Of a stretch of DNA of 49,850 nt, positions 38,863 to 49,850 are shown in pieces (position 1 is the stretch's first letter; each line of letters begins with the position of its first letter). The notes beneath the pieces are model-generated. The model searched no databases. It saw nothing but the letters and a program-made list of their open reading frames with translations, and had not been told where the DNA came from. The position numbers and the translations under genes were made by a program. The DNA comes from Minisyncoccota bacterium (lineage in GTDB: Bacteria > Patescibacteriota > Minisyncoccia > Phycocordibacterales > UBA9973): NCBI GenBank assembly GCA_035491955.1, contig DATJJU010000010.1, positions 1 to 49,850 of the forward strand, given 5' to 3'.

Positions 38863-39771
38863 ATGGCCAACAGGCACCTTTCACGATCAATTGTTCTTCA
38901 AGCACTATTCGAATGGGATTTCTCAGGGAAGCCTGAAGAGTTGAAGGCTATTATTGATCGTGACATTGCAGAGTTCGCACCGGGACATACCGATGCAGCT
39001 TTCATGTATGAGCTAGCAGAAACTGTGCAGCGCAAGCAGGCTATTATTGATGACATCATCATAAAGGCTGCCCCAGAGTGGCCGCTTGAAAAGATCTCAA
39101 ATGTTGATCGCAATATTCTTCGCATGGGTTTGGCCGAGCTGCTATTCGGCGATCGCGATCAGGTTCCTCCAAAAGTAGCTATCAATGAATCAATTGAACT
39201 AGCAAAAAACTTCGGTGGTGAAAACAGTGGTAAGTTTGTAAACGGCGTACTCGGTGCTGTCTACAAAGAAATCGGTGAGCCAGGCAAGGAGCAGCTTAGC
39301 AAGCCTCGCGCTCCGAAAGAACCGGAAGAGCCAATTGATATTTCAAAGCTTGTTATAGAAGCGAAAGCCGGCGGTATTGTGCATGCGCGTCATGATGGCG
39401 TGGACTACATTGCGCTTGTACACGATGTCTTCGGCTATTGGACTCTCCCGAAGGGTGGCGTAGAGGAAGGGGAGAGTAATGAAGAGGGCGGTAAGCGCGA
39501 AATGGAAGAAAAGCTCGGTATTACTATTGATGGACTTGGTCCAGAGATCGGCGCTATCGACTATGTGGCCTCTCATCCTGAAAAAGGCAAGATCAGAAAG
39601 ATGGTAACCTTCTATTTGGCATATGCGAAGTATCAAGAGCTCGACTTGCACAGCAATGGCGGTTTGGACAAGGCAGCATGGTTCCAGCTTCACGAAGTGG
39701 TTGACCTCACGATTTATGATGATATATTGCCGGTAATTGCTAAGGCGATTGAACTTATTACCAAGAAATAA
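38863..39771 (+). CDS. nusB: Transcription antitermination factor NusB fused to a C-terminal Nudix-like domain
   Basis: MANRH..R...LQ.L.E, DRNILR, VAINE.IELAK.FG, FVNGVL; then WTLPKGG..EGE...RE. Confidence 0.93.
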   Translation: MANRHLSRSIVLQALFEWDFSGKPEELKAIIDRDIAEFAPGHTDAAFMYELAETVQRKQAIIDDIIIKAAPEWPLEKISNVDRNILRMGLAELLFGDRDQVPPKVAINESIELAKNFGGENSGKFVNGVLGAVYKEIGEPGKEQLSKPRAPKEPEEPIDISKLVIEAKAGGIVHARHDGVDYIALVHDVFGYWTLPKGGVEEGESNEEGGKREMEEKLGITIDGLGPEIGAIDYVASHPEKGKIRKMVTFYLAYAKYQELDLHSNGGLDKAAWFQLHEVVDLTIYDDILPVIAKAIELITKK

Positions 39772-39785
39772 AAGAGTCTAAGACA

Positions 39786-40478
39786 ATGAAAGACTTCACA
39801 CCATTTGAACAATCCATCGGCATTGTCTTTTCTGACAAAGCGCTTTTGCAGCGAGCATTCACGCATCGCTCTTTTATTAATGAAAACCCTCGCTCCGGCC
39901 TTGAACATAACGAACGCTTTGAATTTCTGGGTGATGCTGTCATTGAACTTATTGTCACAGACTATCTTTTTCGTAATTTTCCTACACATAATGAAGGCGA
40001 GCTTACAGCCTTTCGTTCCGCCCTGGTGAATGCTGTTATCATGGGTGAAGTTGCAGCAGAACTTAATATGAACGACTATCTCTTGCTTTCAAAAGGCGAA
40101 GCGAAGGATACTGGTCGTGCTCGTCAGACTATTCTTGCTAATACCTACGAATCATTTGTGGGTGGACTCTATCTTGATCAAGACTATGAGCCGTGCAAGA
40201 AATTCATTCACGAGACACTTCTCCCTCGATTGGAAGATATCTTGAAGCAGAAATCATGGAAGGATGCCAAAAGTCAGGTCCAAGAAACCGCACAAGAGCG
40301 CGTTGGCTTCACTCCATCATACGAAGTCTTGTCTGAAACTGGTCCGGATCACGACAAATTCTTCACTATCGGCATCTTTTTTGGCAGTGAGAAAATTGCT
40401 GAAGGCAAAGGCCGCTCCAAACAAGAAGCTCAGCAAAATGCCGCTCTCGCAGCTCTCGAAAAGAAAGGCTGGCTCTAA
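39786..40478 (+). CDS. rnc: Ribonuclease III
   Basis: AFTHRS, NERFEFLGDAV, dsRBD GPDH.K.F...G.GRSKQEA. Confidence 0.97.
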   Translation: MKDFTPFEQSIGIVFSDKALLQRAFTHRSFINENPRSGLEHNERFEFLGDAVIELIVTDYLFRNFPTHNEGELTAFRSALVNAVIMGEVAAELNMNDYLLLSKGEAKDTGRARQTILANTYESFVGGLYLDQDYEPCKKFIHETLLPRLEDILKQKSWKDAKSQVQETAQERVGFTPSYEVLSETGPDHDKFFTIGIFFGSEKIAEGKGRSKQEAQQNAALAALEKKGWL

Positions 40479-40517
40479 AACAAAAAGGCTTTCCCTATAG
40501 GGAAAGCCTTTTTGTTT
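40478..40517 (+). terminator. Terminator after rnc
   Basis: AAACAAAAAGGCTTTCCC-TATA-GGGAAAGCCTTTTTGTTT. Confidence 0.8.
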
Positions 40518-40533
40518 GTTATACTTCTATATT

Positions 40534-42798
40534 ATGCGTCTCAAGGAGATAGAAATATCCGGCTTTAAGTCTTTTGCAAAAAAGGCGCTCCTTTCTTTTA
40601 CTTCGCCTGTGACCAGTGTCGTGGGGCCAAACGGTTCCGGCAAGAGTAATGTCGTAGAAGCCTTTCGTTTCGTGCTTGGTGAACAATCTATGAAGAGTAT
40701 GCGCGGCAAGAGCGGTGCAGATCTTATTTTCCGAGGCGGTAATAGTGCGCCGAAACTTTCTCGCGCTTCTGTTTCTATTACTTTCGACAATACAGACAAA
40801 GTTTTTAAATTCAGTGCTGACGAAAATGCCAAAACACCGCTTATTTTCGATGAAGTAACATTTACTCGCGAAATATACTCCGATGGCACCAGCCGATACT
40901 TAATGAATGGTACAGAGATCCGTTTGAAGCAGATGGTAGAGCTTCTTTCTTCAGTTAATATCGGCACGTCTTCGCACCATATTATTTCTCAGGGCGAAGC
41001 CGATGGTATTTTGCGTGCCTCTCCGCGCGATCGTCGCGAAATTTTGGAAGATGCGCTTGGCTTGAAGGTCTATCACTTCCGTATCCGTGAAAGTGAAAGC
41101 AAGCTGGGTAAGGCAATGGAAACGCTTAAGGAGGTCCAGTCATTGCGACGCGAGCTTGCTCCGCACTTGAACTTCTTGAAGAAGCAAGTAGAGAAAGTAG
41201 AGAAGGGTAGAGCTATTCGCCAAGAGCTTGAACAGCTGTTGGTGCAGTATCTAGCAACAGAACGGTCTTATTTGTCTCAGGAAGATGTTCGCTTGGCACA
41301 GGCTCGCAATCTTATTGAACATAAAAAGAAACAATTAGAAGAATTGCTTGCTACGTTGCCGGCGGAGAACACTGTAGATCACTCAGCTGCTGACCGTGCC
41401 AAGATCAATCAAGAGCTTCAGGATATTCGAGAGAAGCGTCGTGGTGTTGAAACGCGTATTAGCCGTCTAGAAGGTATGATTGAGGCTCAACGTCAAATGT
41501 TGCATGCTCAACATCCTCAAAACAGAGCGAAATCTGTTAGCTTTGAAATAAATGAATATGAAAACTTACTTGAAGACCTCGAGTCTTTGCTAGGACAGCT
41601 TCGCAACGCTCAATCATTAGAGGAAACAAAAGCGTCTCTTCATCGGTTGGATACTATTTTAGCGGCTTTGAAAGAAAAAGAGGGTAAGAATACCTCTGTA
41701 GAAGAAAAGCCTATTGTTGATACCGGCATTCGCGATACTGCGCTTGAGCTTGAAGATCTTCAGAGACAATTGAAAAACATTGTCGCTAAGGAAGAGCAGG
41801 CACAAGGACAGCTCCAAATGTTTGAACGAGAACGTGAGGCGATGCTTGCTACTACTCAGGAGGCCACCAGGAAGCGCTACGAGGTCATTGGTGATATTAA
41901 ACAGGCAGAAGCAGAGCTACAGATCTTAGAGGTGTCTCGCAGCGGCTTTTTGGAGCGAAGGGAGAATTTTGATACTGAACTTAAAGAAGCAGGCTTTCTT
42001 TTTGGCCCAAGCTTCTTGCATGAATTGCAGCAGGCTCAGGCTATTCCTGAATTCAATGTACAAGACCAAAAGCGGGCTATTGATCGTTTGAAGATCAGAC
42101 TGGATGAGCATGCTGGTATTGGCAATGAAGTAGTGACCGAATATGAATCCACAGTAGAACGCGATACCTTTTTGTCGCGAGAGGTAACTGATATTGAAGC
42201 AAGTATTAAAAATCTTGAGACTTTGATCATTGATTTAAAACGGATTCTGGATGAGCGCTTTAGTGAAGGGGTAAAAGTGATCAATGATCGCTTTGGAGAC
42301 TTCTTTAAGACTATGTTTGGAGGCGGCAGTGCGTCGTTATCAGTTATTTTAGAGAAGAAAAGGAAACGCCGTACCGGCGATGATGAAGAAGAGGGGGAGA
42401 TGGGTAGTATTGAATCTGAAGAGCAACAGGAACAAGAGTTAGAGAAGGGTATCGAGGTCCATGTAAACCTTCCTGAAAAGAAAGTCAAAGAGCTTAATAT
42501 GCTCTCCGGTGGCGAACGCTCATTGGTGTCTATCGCACTTCTCTTTGCTATCTCTCAAGTTAATCCACCCCCATTCCTTGTCCTCGATGAAACAGATGCA
42601 GCCCTTGATGAGGCAAACTCTCGTCGTTATGGTGACATGATCGAACTATTGGCTGAATACTCCCAGCTTATCGTCGTGACCCATAATCGTGAGACCATGT
42701 CTCGCGCTTCCGTACTCTACGGCGTCACACTCGGCTCTGACGGCGGCTCCAAGCTCCTCTCTATCAAATTTGACGAAGCTGTTAAAGTGGCAAAGTAA
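40534..42798 (+). CDS. smc: Short chromosome partition protein SMC (about 754 aa)
   Basis: GFKSF, GPNGSGKSN, IISQG, LSGGE, LDETDAALD; start Met 40534. Confidence 0.9.
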   Translation: MRLKEIEISGFKSFAKKALLSFTSPVTSVVGPNGSGKSNVVEAFRFVLGEQSMKSMRGKSGADLIFRGGNSAPKLSRASVSITFDNTDKVFKFSADENAKTPLIFDEVTFTREIYSDGTSRYLMNGTEIRLKQMVELLSSVNIGTSSHHIISQGEADGILRASPRDRREILEDALGLKVYHFRIRESESKLGKAMETLKEVQSLRRELAPHLNFLKKQVEKVEKGRAIRQELEQLLVQYLATERSYLSQEDVRLAQARNLIEHKKKQLEELLATLPAENTVDHSAADRAKINQELQDIREKRRGVETRISRLEGMIEAQRQMLHAQHPQNRAKSVSFEINEYENLLEDLESLLGQLRNAQSLEETKASLHRLDTILAALKEKEGKNTSVEEKPIVDTGIRDTALELEDLQRQLKNIVAKEEQAQGQLQMFEREREAMLATTQEATRKRYEVIGDIKQAEAELQILEVSRSGFLERRENFDTELKEAGFLFGPSFLHELQQAQAIPEFNVQDQKRAIDRLKIRLDEHAGIGNEVVTEYESTVERDTFLSREVTDIEASIKNLETLIIDLKRILDERFSEGVKVINDRFGDFFKTMFGGGSASLSVILEKKRKRRTGDDEEEGEMGSIESEEQQEQELEKGIEVHVNLPEKKVKELNMLSGGERSLVSIALLFAISQVNPPPFLVLDETDAALDEANSRRYGDMIELLAEYSQLIVVTHNRETMSRASVLYGVTLGSDGGSKLLSIKFDEAVKVAK

Positions 42799-42874
42799 AA
42801 ACTCTTTAGACCGGGTCCAAAGAGTTTTTTATTGCATTTTCTTAGGAAAGGCATAGGATGGAGAAAAAGCACGT

Positions 42875-43210
42875 ATGGAACCGAAAATCATACATTACAA
42901 CAAACTCGTTCGTGACAAAGTCATAGCCAAGCTTGAAAGGCTAAAGATATACCACACCTTTCATATTGCCAATAATCTTGAATTTGAAGAGAAGCTCTTT
43001 TCTAAGATCCCAGAAGAAATAGCTGAATTTTTAGAGTCTAAGGGGGCTATTGAAGAATATATTGATATTAAGCATGTATTGGAAGCATGGGCAGACCACC
43101 GGGGGTGGACAGCCGAATATATCGAACAAAAAAGCAAGGAAAAGCTTGATAAGGAAGGTGGTTTAAAAGACCGTATTATTTTGGACGATTGCGAGGAAAA
43201 GAGCCCTTAA
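42875..43210 (+). CDS. MazG-like / PRA-PH-like NTP pyrophosphohydrolase
   Basis: YNKLVRDK, K..EE..EF, EE..DI, K...GG...RI.L. Confidence 0.8.
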   Translation: MEPKIIHYNKLVRDKVIAKLERLKIYHTFHIANNLEFEEKLFSKIPEEIAEFLESKGAIEEYIDIKHVLEAWADHRGWTAEYIEQKSKEKLDKEGGLKDRIILDDCEEKSP

Positions 43211-43229
43211 AATGGGGCTTTTTTATTAC

Positions 43230-43257
43230 TTGACTTCCTTCCTCATTTCTATATACT
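43230..43257 (+). promoter_or_regulatory. Sigma70 promoter of the stand-alone 16S gene
   Basis: TTGACT(43230)-16-TATACT(43252), just after terminator 43199-43224. Confidence 0.75.
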
Positions 43258-43442
43258 AGTGGTCGCTCTCAATTTTGGGAGGGGTTGTTTGAAAATTGTA
43301 TACAAATGCATGTCCGTCTATTTTTCCAAACTAGACGGACAAAAATCTAAACATAAATTAACACCAATTATATTCCCAGTAGCAAAAGAGAAAGTCATTT
43401 TTCTTTTGCTTCAGTCTAGTCTGAGGCTTCGGCCGAAGACTT

Positions 43443-45243
<1,801 letters not shown>

Positions 45244-45429
45244 ATTGAGATAGTTCTGAGGCATTGCCGAAGAATTGATACGATCGATACTCGCAAGAGA
45301 AAGGTTTTGGTAACTGACTTAATAGTTACTCCTTGCCGCTAGGTTATGCGGCGAAAATCCTATTGTGTGTATCTATAGAGCACGGAATAGGTAGACTGGA
45401 GCAAAAGAAAGGTGGCATAATGGTGTCAC

Positions 45430-46059
45430 ATGTTTAGAACAACTCGCATTCGTACAATTTTCATAACAATAGCAATAGGAGCAGCAGCTGCAATAGTAGC
45501 CCTGCTCCTTTTGCATTTCAGATGGATAACCGCCGTATCGGCGATACTAGGAGAGGGAAGGGATATAAACAGTATTAGTAGAAGTGTAAATACCAATAAC
45601 ACCGGGCGCGCCGTCGGCGCGCCCGGTACTGAAGGTGTTACAACTTTTACTACTAATGATCAGACTAGTAGCTCCCGCGCCATAAGTGACAATCAAATAT
45701 ATAATCAGACACTTATGGCGGGGAGCCTTGCTATTCCTACCTCTATTGCCGACACTGATGCCGAGCGCGAGCAAGGATTGTCGGATACAGCCTCTCTTCC
45801 AGCTAATAGTGGTAAGCTTTTTATCTTTCCTACGCCCGGTAATTACGGCTTTTGGATGAAAGATATGAATTATGCACTGGATTTCGTCTGGATCAGCAAA
45901 GATATGAAAATTGTCGGCATTACTCCGGAGGTTGGACCTTCTACTTATCCAAATATTTACTATCCACCATCTCCTGCGCAGTATGTGTTGGAGGTGAATA
46001 GCGGGTTTTCCACACGTCACAACCTCTCTGTAGGTGAACAACTCTCTTTCAAAAAGTAA
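45430..46059 (+). CDS. DUF192 family protein
   Basis: IADT...REQGLS, G.LFIF, FWMKDM..ALD..W, YVLEVNSG. Confidence 0.9.
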   Translation: MFRTTRIRTIFITIAIGAAAAIVALLLLHFRWITAVSAILGEGRDINSISRSVNTNNTGRAVGAPGTEGVTTFTTNDQTSSSRAISDNQIYNQTLMAGSLAIPTSIADTDAEREQGLSDTASLPANSGKLFIFPTPGNYGFWMKDMNYALDFVWISKDMKIVGITPEVGPSTYPNIYYPPSPAQYVLEVNSGFSTRHNLSVGEQLSFKK

Positions 46060-46229
46060 AAATTTTTCTTTTAGTGAACCTCTGTTCAAAAAGACTTTCG
46101 TTAAAGGCTTCGTGAACGTTTCTCTTTACAATACGTTCCTTTTATTTCATGGAGGAAATTTTTGTCGATAATAATATGGTTGAGGTGAAGTTTTTTGTAT
46201 AATTAAAAAATAAATTTTGACTAATATCT

Positions 46230-47501
46230 ATGGCCCTCACTCTCATTAAGAAAAGAAGTGGATCACTCGCGGACTTTGACCGTGCTCGTATTGAGAGTGC
46301 TATCTCAAAGGCATACGAAGCCGCAGGAACACCGATTGATGAGATCACACTGTCTATACTGGTAGATCGCATTCTCGTAGTGCTAGAGCACAATTATGAC
46401 GAAAAAGATCTTCCAACTGTTGAAAATATTCAAGATATCGTTGAAAAGCAAATTGCTCGAAAAGGGGACTTTGAAGTGGCAAAAGCCTATATTTTGTACC
46501 GTGAAGAAAGAAATAAAGAGCGCCGAAGAGATATCTTTAAAAAGAGAGTCTATCTAAAACCGTATGAATACCCAGAGCTCTATGAATACGTTAGCGCTAT
46601 CCGCCACTCTTACTGGATTCATACAGAGTTCAACTTTGTCAGTGATGTTCAAGACTTCAAGGTAAATGTCGATGAGAAGGAGCGAAATGTCATCAAGAAC
46701 GCTATGCTTGCTATTGCGCAGATAGAGGTGGCAGTGAAGACATTTTGGGGAGATGTGTACAAGAAGCTCCCTAAGCCGGAGATCGGTGCCGTGGGTGCGA
46801 CATTCGCAGAAAGTGAAGTGCGCCACACGGACGCCTATGCTCACCTGCTCGAACTGCTAGGACTCAATGAAGTATTCAGCACTATCAATGAAGTTCCTGC
46901 CTTGATGAGACGCGTCCAATATCTTGAAAAAGCCCTGACGAATGCCAGAAGCGAGGATGTTCAAGAATATAGCGAATCTATCCTGCTCTTCTCTCTCTTT
47001 ATAGAGCACGTATCGCTATTCTCTCAATTCCTAGTCATGATGTCCTTCAATAAGCATAAGAACCTCTTCAAGGGTATATCGAATGCAGTGGAAGCCACCT
47101 CAAAAGAAGAGCAGATTCATGGACTGTTTGGGATCGACCTTATCAATATCATTAAGGAAGAGCATCCGGAGTGGTTCGATGAATCGTTTGAAGAAAAGAT
47201 CATCCGGATATGCGAAGAAGCGTTTGAGTCAGAAAAGCAGGTAGTAGAATGGATATTTGAGCAAGGAGACCTCGAATTTATCTCAAAAGACATTGTCACC
47301 GAGTTTATTAAACAACGATTCAACAACTCATTGCAGAGTATTGGCATTAGAAAGATCTTTACTACCGATGAAGCCCTTCTCAAAGACTCGGATTGGTTCT
47401 ATGATGAGGTTATAGCAACGAAGCACGGAGACTTTTTTAACAAAAAATCGATTAATTACAACAAAAAGAGCAAGAGTATAACGAGCGATGATCTCTTCTA
47501 G
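46230..47501 (+). CDS. nrdB: Ribonucleotide reductase beta subunit with N-terminal ATP cone
   Basis: IKKRSG...FD..RI..AI..A...VENIQD.VE...AKAYILYR, then QIEVAVK, ESEVRH, EH, EEQIH. Confidence 0.92.
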   Translation: MALTLIKKRSGSLADFDRARIESAISKAYEAAGTPIDEITLSILVDRILVVLEHNYDEKDLPTVENIQDIVEKQIARKGDFEVAKAYILYREERNKERRRDIFKKRVYLKPYEYPELYEYVSAIRHSYWIHTEFNFVSDVQDFKVNVDEKERNVIKNAMLAIAQIEVAVKTFWGDVYKKLPKPEIGAVGATFAESEVRHTDAYAHLLELLGLNEVFSTINEVPALMRRVQYLEKALTNARSEDVQEYSESILLFSLFIEHVSLFSQFLVMMSFNKHKNLFKGISNAVEATSKEEQIHGLFGIDLINIIKEEHPEWFDESFEEKIIRICEEAFESEKQVVEWIFEQGDLEFISKDIVTEFIKQRFNNSLQSIGIRKIFTTDEALLKDSDWFYDEVIATKHGDFFNKKSINYNKKSKSITSDDLF

Positions 47502-47538
47502 TCAAGATCGCATTAGCAGACTAAAATAATTAAAGCCT

Positions 47539-49272
47539 ATGTATTGGTTAAACGAAAACAGCAGAAAATTTTTATCAAAAGGATACCTGGTAGGGAATAT
47601 TACGGCTGAAGAGCGTATTCGAGAAATTGCAGAAATTGCAGAAAAGCATCTCAATAAGCCGGGCTTTGCCGACAAGTTCTATGACTATATGTCTCGCGGC
47701 TTCTATTCTCTCGCTTCTCCTATTTGGTCAAACTATGGGCTTGTACGCGGGCTTCCTATTAGCTGTTTTGGAAGCTATGTCGCTGATGATATGTCTCGCA
47801 TTCTCTATACTCACGCTGAAGTCGGCATGATGACAAAGTATGGCGGCGGAACATCTGTATTCTTTGGCGGATTGCGCCCTCGCGGTTCGATCATCAAAGA
47901 CAATGGACACTCTTCAGGTGCTGTGCACTTCATGGAGCTTTTCGATAATCTTATTAACATTGTTAGCCAGGGCTCAGTCCGTCGCGGACACGTCGCACCA
48001 TATCTTCCGCTTGAACATGGCGATATTGAAGAATTTTTAGATATTGGTAAGGAGGGTCATCCTATTCAAGAGTCTACGTATGCAGTGACTGTAGGGGATA
48101 AATGGCTGAAGGAAATGGTTGATGGCGATCAGGAAAAGCGAAAGATCTGGGCTAAGATAATTCAGCGTCGCACCGAAATTGGTTACCCATACATTCTTTT
48201 CAGCGACAATGTGAACAATAATACTGTCGATGTCTACAAGGACAAGAATATGAAAATTTACGGAAGCAATCTCTGTTCTGAAATCTGCTTGCCAAGCGCG
48301 GACGACATTTCTTTTGTCTGCTGCCTTTCTTCTATAAATATGCGCCATTATCATGAATGGAAAGACACCGATGCTGTTGAAACTCTTACAATGTTCCTCG
48401 ATACTGTTATTACAGAATTCGTAGAACGCCTCGAAAGCCTCCGTGATAGTGAAGATCCTCAAAAACAGTCTGCATTTGAATTCATGAAGCGTGCTCATAA
48501 GTTCGCCAAAGAGCATCGCGCGCTCGGTCTTGGCGTATTGGGCTGGCATACGTTCCTTCAGGAAAACAATATTCCATTTGATAGTGTAGAGGCCTCCTTG
48601 CTGAATGAAGAGATCTTTTCTGTTATCAAAGACCGCGCATACAAGGCATCAGAAGACATGGCAAAAGAATATGGCGAGCCAGAAATCTTGAAAGGATACG
48701 GTCGCCGCAACACCACTCTCTTGGCAGTTGCTCCTACTACTTCTTCAGCATTCATCTTGGGCCAGGTCTCTCAGAGTATCGAACCGTTGATGTCTAATGC
48801 ATTTGTGAAGGATGTAGACAAGATGAAAGTCACTATCAAGAATCCAACACTTGAAGCATTGCTCCAAGAAAAAGGAATGAATACTACTGATACTTGGAAC
48901 AGTATTCGCGACAATGACGGCTCAGTGCAGCATCTCGACGGTCTGACAGAACATGAAAAGCGCGTATTCCGAACATTCAGTGAAATAGATCAGCGTACGA
49001 TCATTGATCAAGCTGCAACGCGCCAGAAATATATCGACCAAGCTCAGTCGCTGAATATCATGATAGACCCGACTATGCCGGTAAAAGATTTGAACGCACT
49101 GTATCTGTATGCATGGGAGAAGGGAATCAAGACTCTCTACTATCAGCACAGTATGAATGCGGCTCAGCAGTTCGGTAGAAAGAAGCTTCAAGAAACAGAA
49201 TCTAAGAAGCCAAAAGAAATGAAAGTGGTAGTGGCTTCCGAAGAAAACATTTGCGTCAGCTGCGAAGCATAA
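47539..49272 (+). CDS. nrdA: Ribonucleotide reductase alpha subunit without ATP cone
   Basis: PISCF, GGGTS, SNLCSEI, VCCL, APT.SS, KTLYY, C-terminal CVSCEA. Confidence 0.95.
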   Translation: MYWLNENSRKFLSKGYLVGNITAEERIREIAEIAEKHLNKPGFADKFYDYMSRGFYSLASPIWSNYGLVRGLPISCFGSYVADDMSRILYTHAEVGMMTKYGGGTSVFFGGLRPRGSIIKDNGHSSGAVHFMELFDNLINIVSQGSVRRGHVAPYLPLEHGDIEEFLDIGKEGHPIQESTYAVTVGDKWLKEMVDGDQEKRKIWAKIIQRRTEIGYPYILFSDNVNNNTVDVYKDKNMKIYGSNLCSEICLPSADDISFVCCLSSINMRHYHEWKDTDAVETLTMFLDTVITEFVERLESLRDSEDPQKQSAFEFMKRAHKFAKEHRALGLGVLGWHTFLQENNIPFDSVEASLLNEEIFSVIKDRAYKASEDMAKEYGEPEILKGYGRRNTTLLAVAPTTSSAFILGQVSQSIEPLMSNAFVKDVDKMKVTIKNPTLEALLQEKGMNTTDTWNSIRDNDGSVQHLDGLTEHEKRVFRTFSEIDQRTIIDQAATRQKYIDQAQSLNIMIDPTMPVKDLNALYLYAWEKGIKTLYYQHSMNAAQQFGRKKLQETESKKPKEMKVVVASEENICVSCEA

Positions 49273-49275
49273 AAA

Positions 49276-49304
49276 GAAAAAACACCCTCTCGGGTGTTTT
49301 TTTC
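49276..49304. terminator. Bidirectional terminator between nrdA and rnpB
   Basis: AAAAAACACCC-TCTC-GGGTGTTTTTT. Confidence 0.8.
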
Positions 49305-49307
49305 ATA

Positions 49308-49656
49308 TTGTTGTACTCGTAAGCCGAATTCTGTTCTAGTGATCATTTATCTGTGATGGATGTTACCACCCACCTATAGCAGCACTCCCAATAAAGGGCA
49401 CGGCCTTGCACACAGGTAAGGATTTAGCCGTTTCATTCTAGGACTTCTCTTACCCCTTTATATTCCTAGCGCTAACCTGCTGAACTAATCCGAGTTTTTC
49501 AAGGGTACAGGTTATCCAACTTCTTTCGTTGTTGGCCGTTTCTGTTCGCACCTCGTATCTTGCAATAGACGGGCGTTACCCGCTACCCATACGAATTAAA
49601 TCGTTGTGTGTTCGGACTTTCCTCTGCATTGCTGCAGCGATCATTCGGTACAACAA
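49308..49656 (-). ncRNA. rnpB: RNase P RNA
   Basis: Minus strand GAGGAAAGTCCGAAC and ACAGAATTCGGCTTA; P1 TTGTTGTAC/GTACAACAA; TATACT just upstream. Confidence 0.95.
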
Positions 49657-49717
49657 CGCAAGTATACGCATATTTAAAAAGAGCACAAGTAAGAACAAAT
49701 TAGCACAGTAAAGGGCC

Positions 49718-49850
49718 ATATATACCTCTCTCACCCATGCTCCATAGACAATTTAAAAGTCCTTGGACAAGCCGCGGATTTTAAATTGTCTAGTTCCGCC
49801 CAGCTTTGAGTGGTAGTGCAGACCCTTTGTGGTGTTGGGGTTTGACGTTT
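49718..49850 (-). repeat. Unknown structured repeat element, copy 2 (3' half only, truncated by window end)
   Basis: Ungapped reverse-complement match to 20752-20884, about 18 differences in 133 nt by manual count. Confidence 0.85.

Noticed and set aside
46216-46232. Possible NrdR box before nrdB
   Set aside because: Weak single match with no tandem second box.
49529-49711. 60-aa ORF near the window end
   Set aside because: Antisense to RNase P RNA.

Overview
Chromosomal segment of a Patescibacteria/CPR bacterium, most likely Parcubacteria-type. This assignment is inferred from unlinked rRNA genes with insertions, the 515F-site variant GTGCCAGCAGGAGCGG, a short SMC, a NusB-Nudix fusion and typical CPR surface proteins. 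Protein genes include the end of an AT-rich polysaccharide cluster (GT2, deacetylase, Wzt/Wzm, sugar transferase), rplJ-rplL with an L10 leader, rodA, secDF, lemA-htpX, a UvrD-nuclease, gyrB, thrS, rpmF-nusB-rnc-smc and nrdB(ATP-cone)-nrdA. RNA genes are a stand-alone 23S-5S unit, a stand-alone 16S, tRNA-Ser and rnpB. The most unusual content is non-coding: (1) a tRNA-Gln(UUG) nested in the P6 loop of a group I intron at L2593 of the 23S; (2) a second 23S intron (L1931) that appears to lack the whole P4-P6 domain; (3) a ~280-nt expansion of 16S helix 40 made of four repeated hairpins; (4) a ~280-nt structured element after secF with a second copy at the window end showing compensatory changes; (5) no anti-Shine-Dalgarno at the 16S 3' end, together with many apparently leaderless genes. 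All structures and gene calls were read by eye, and no searches were run.
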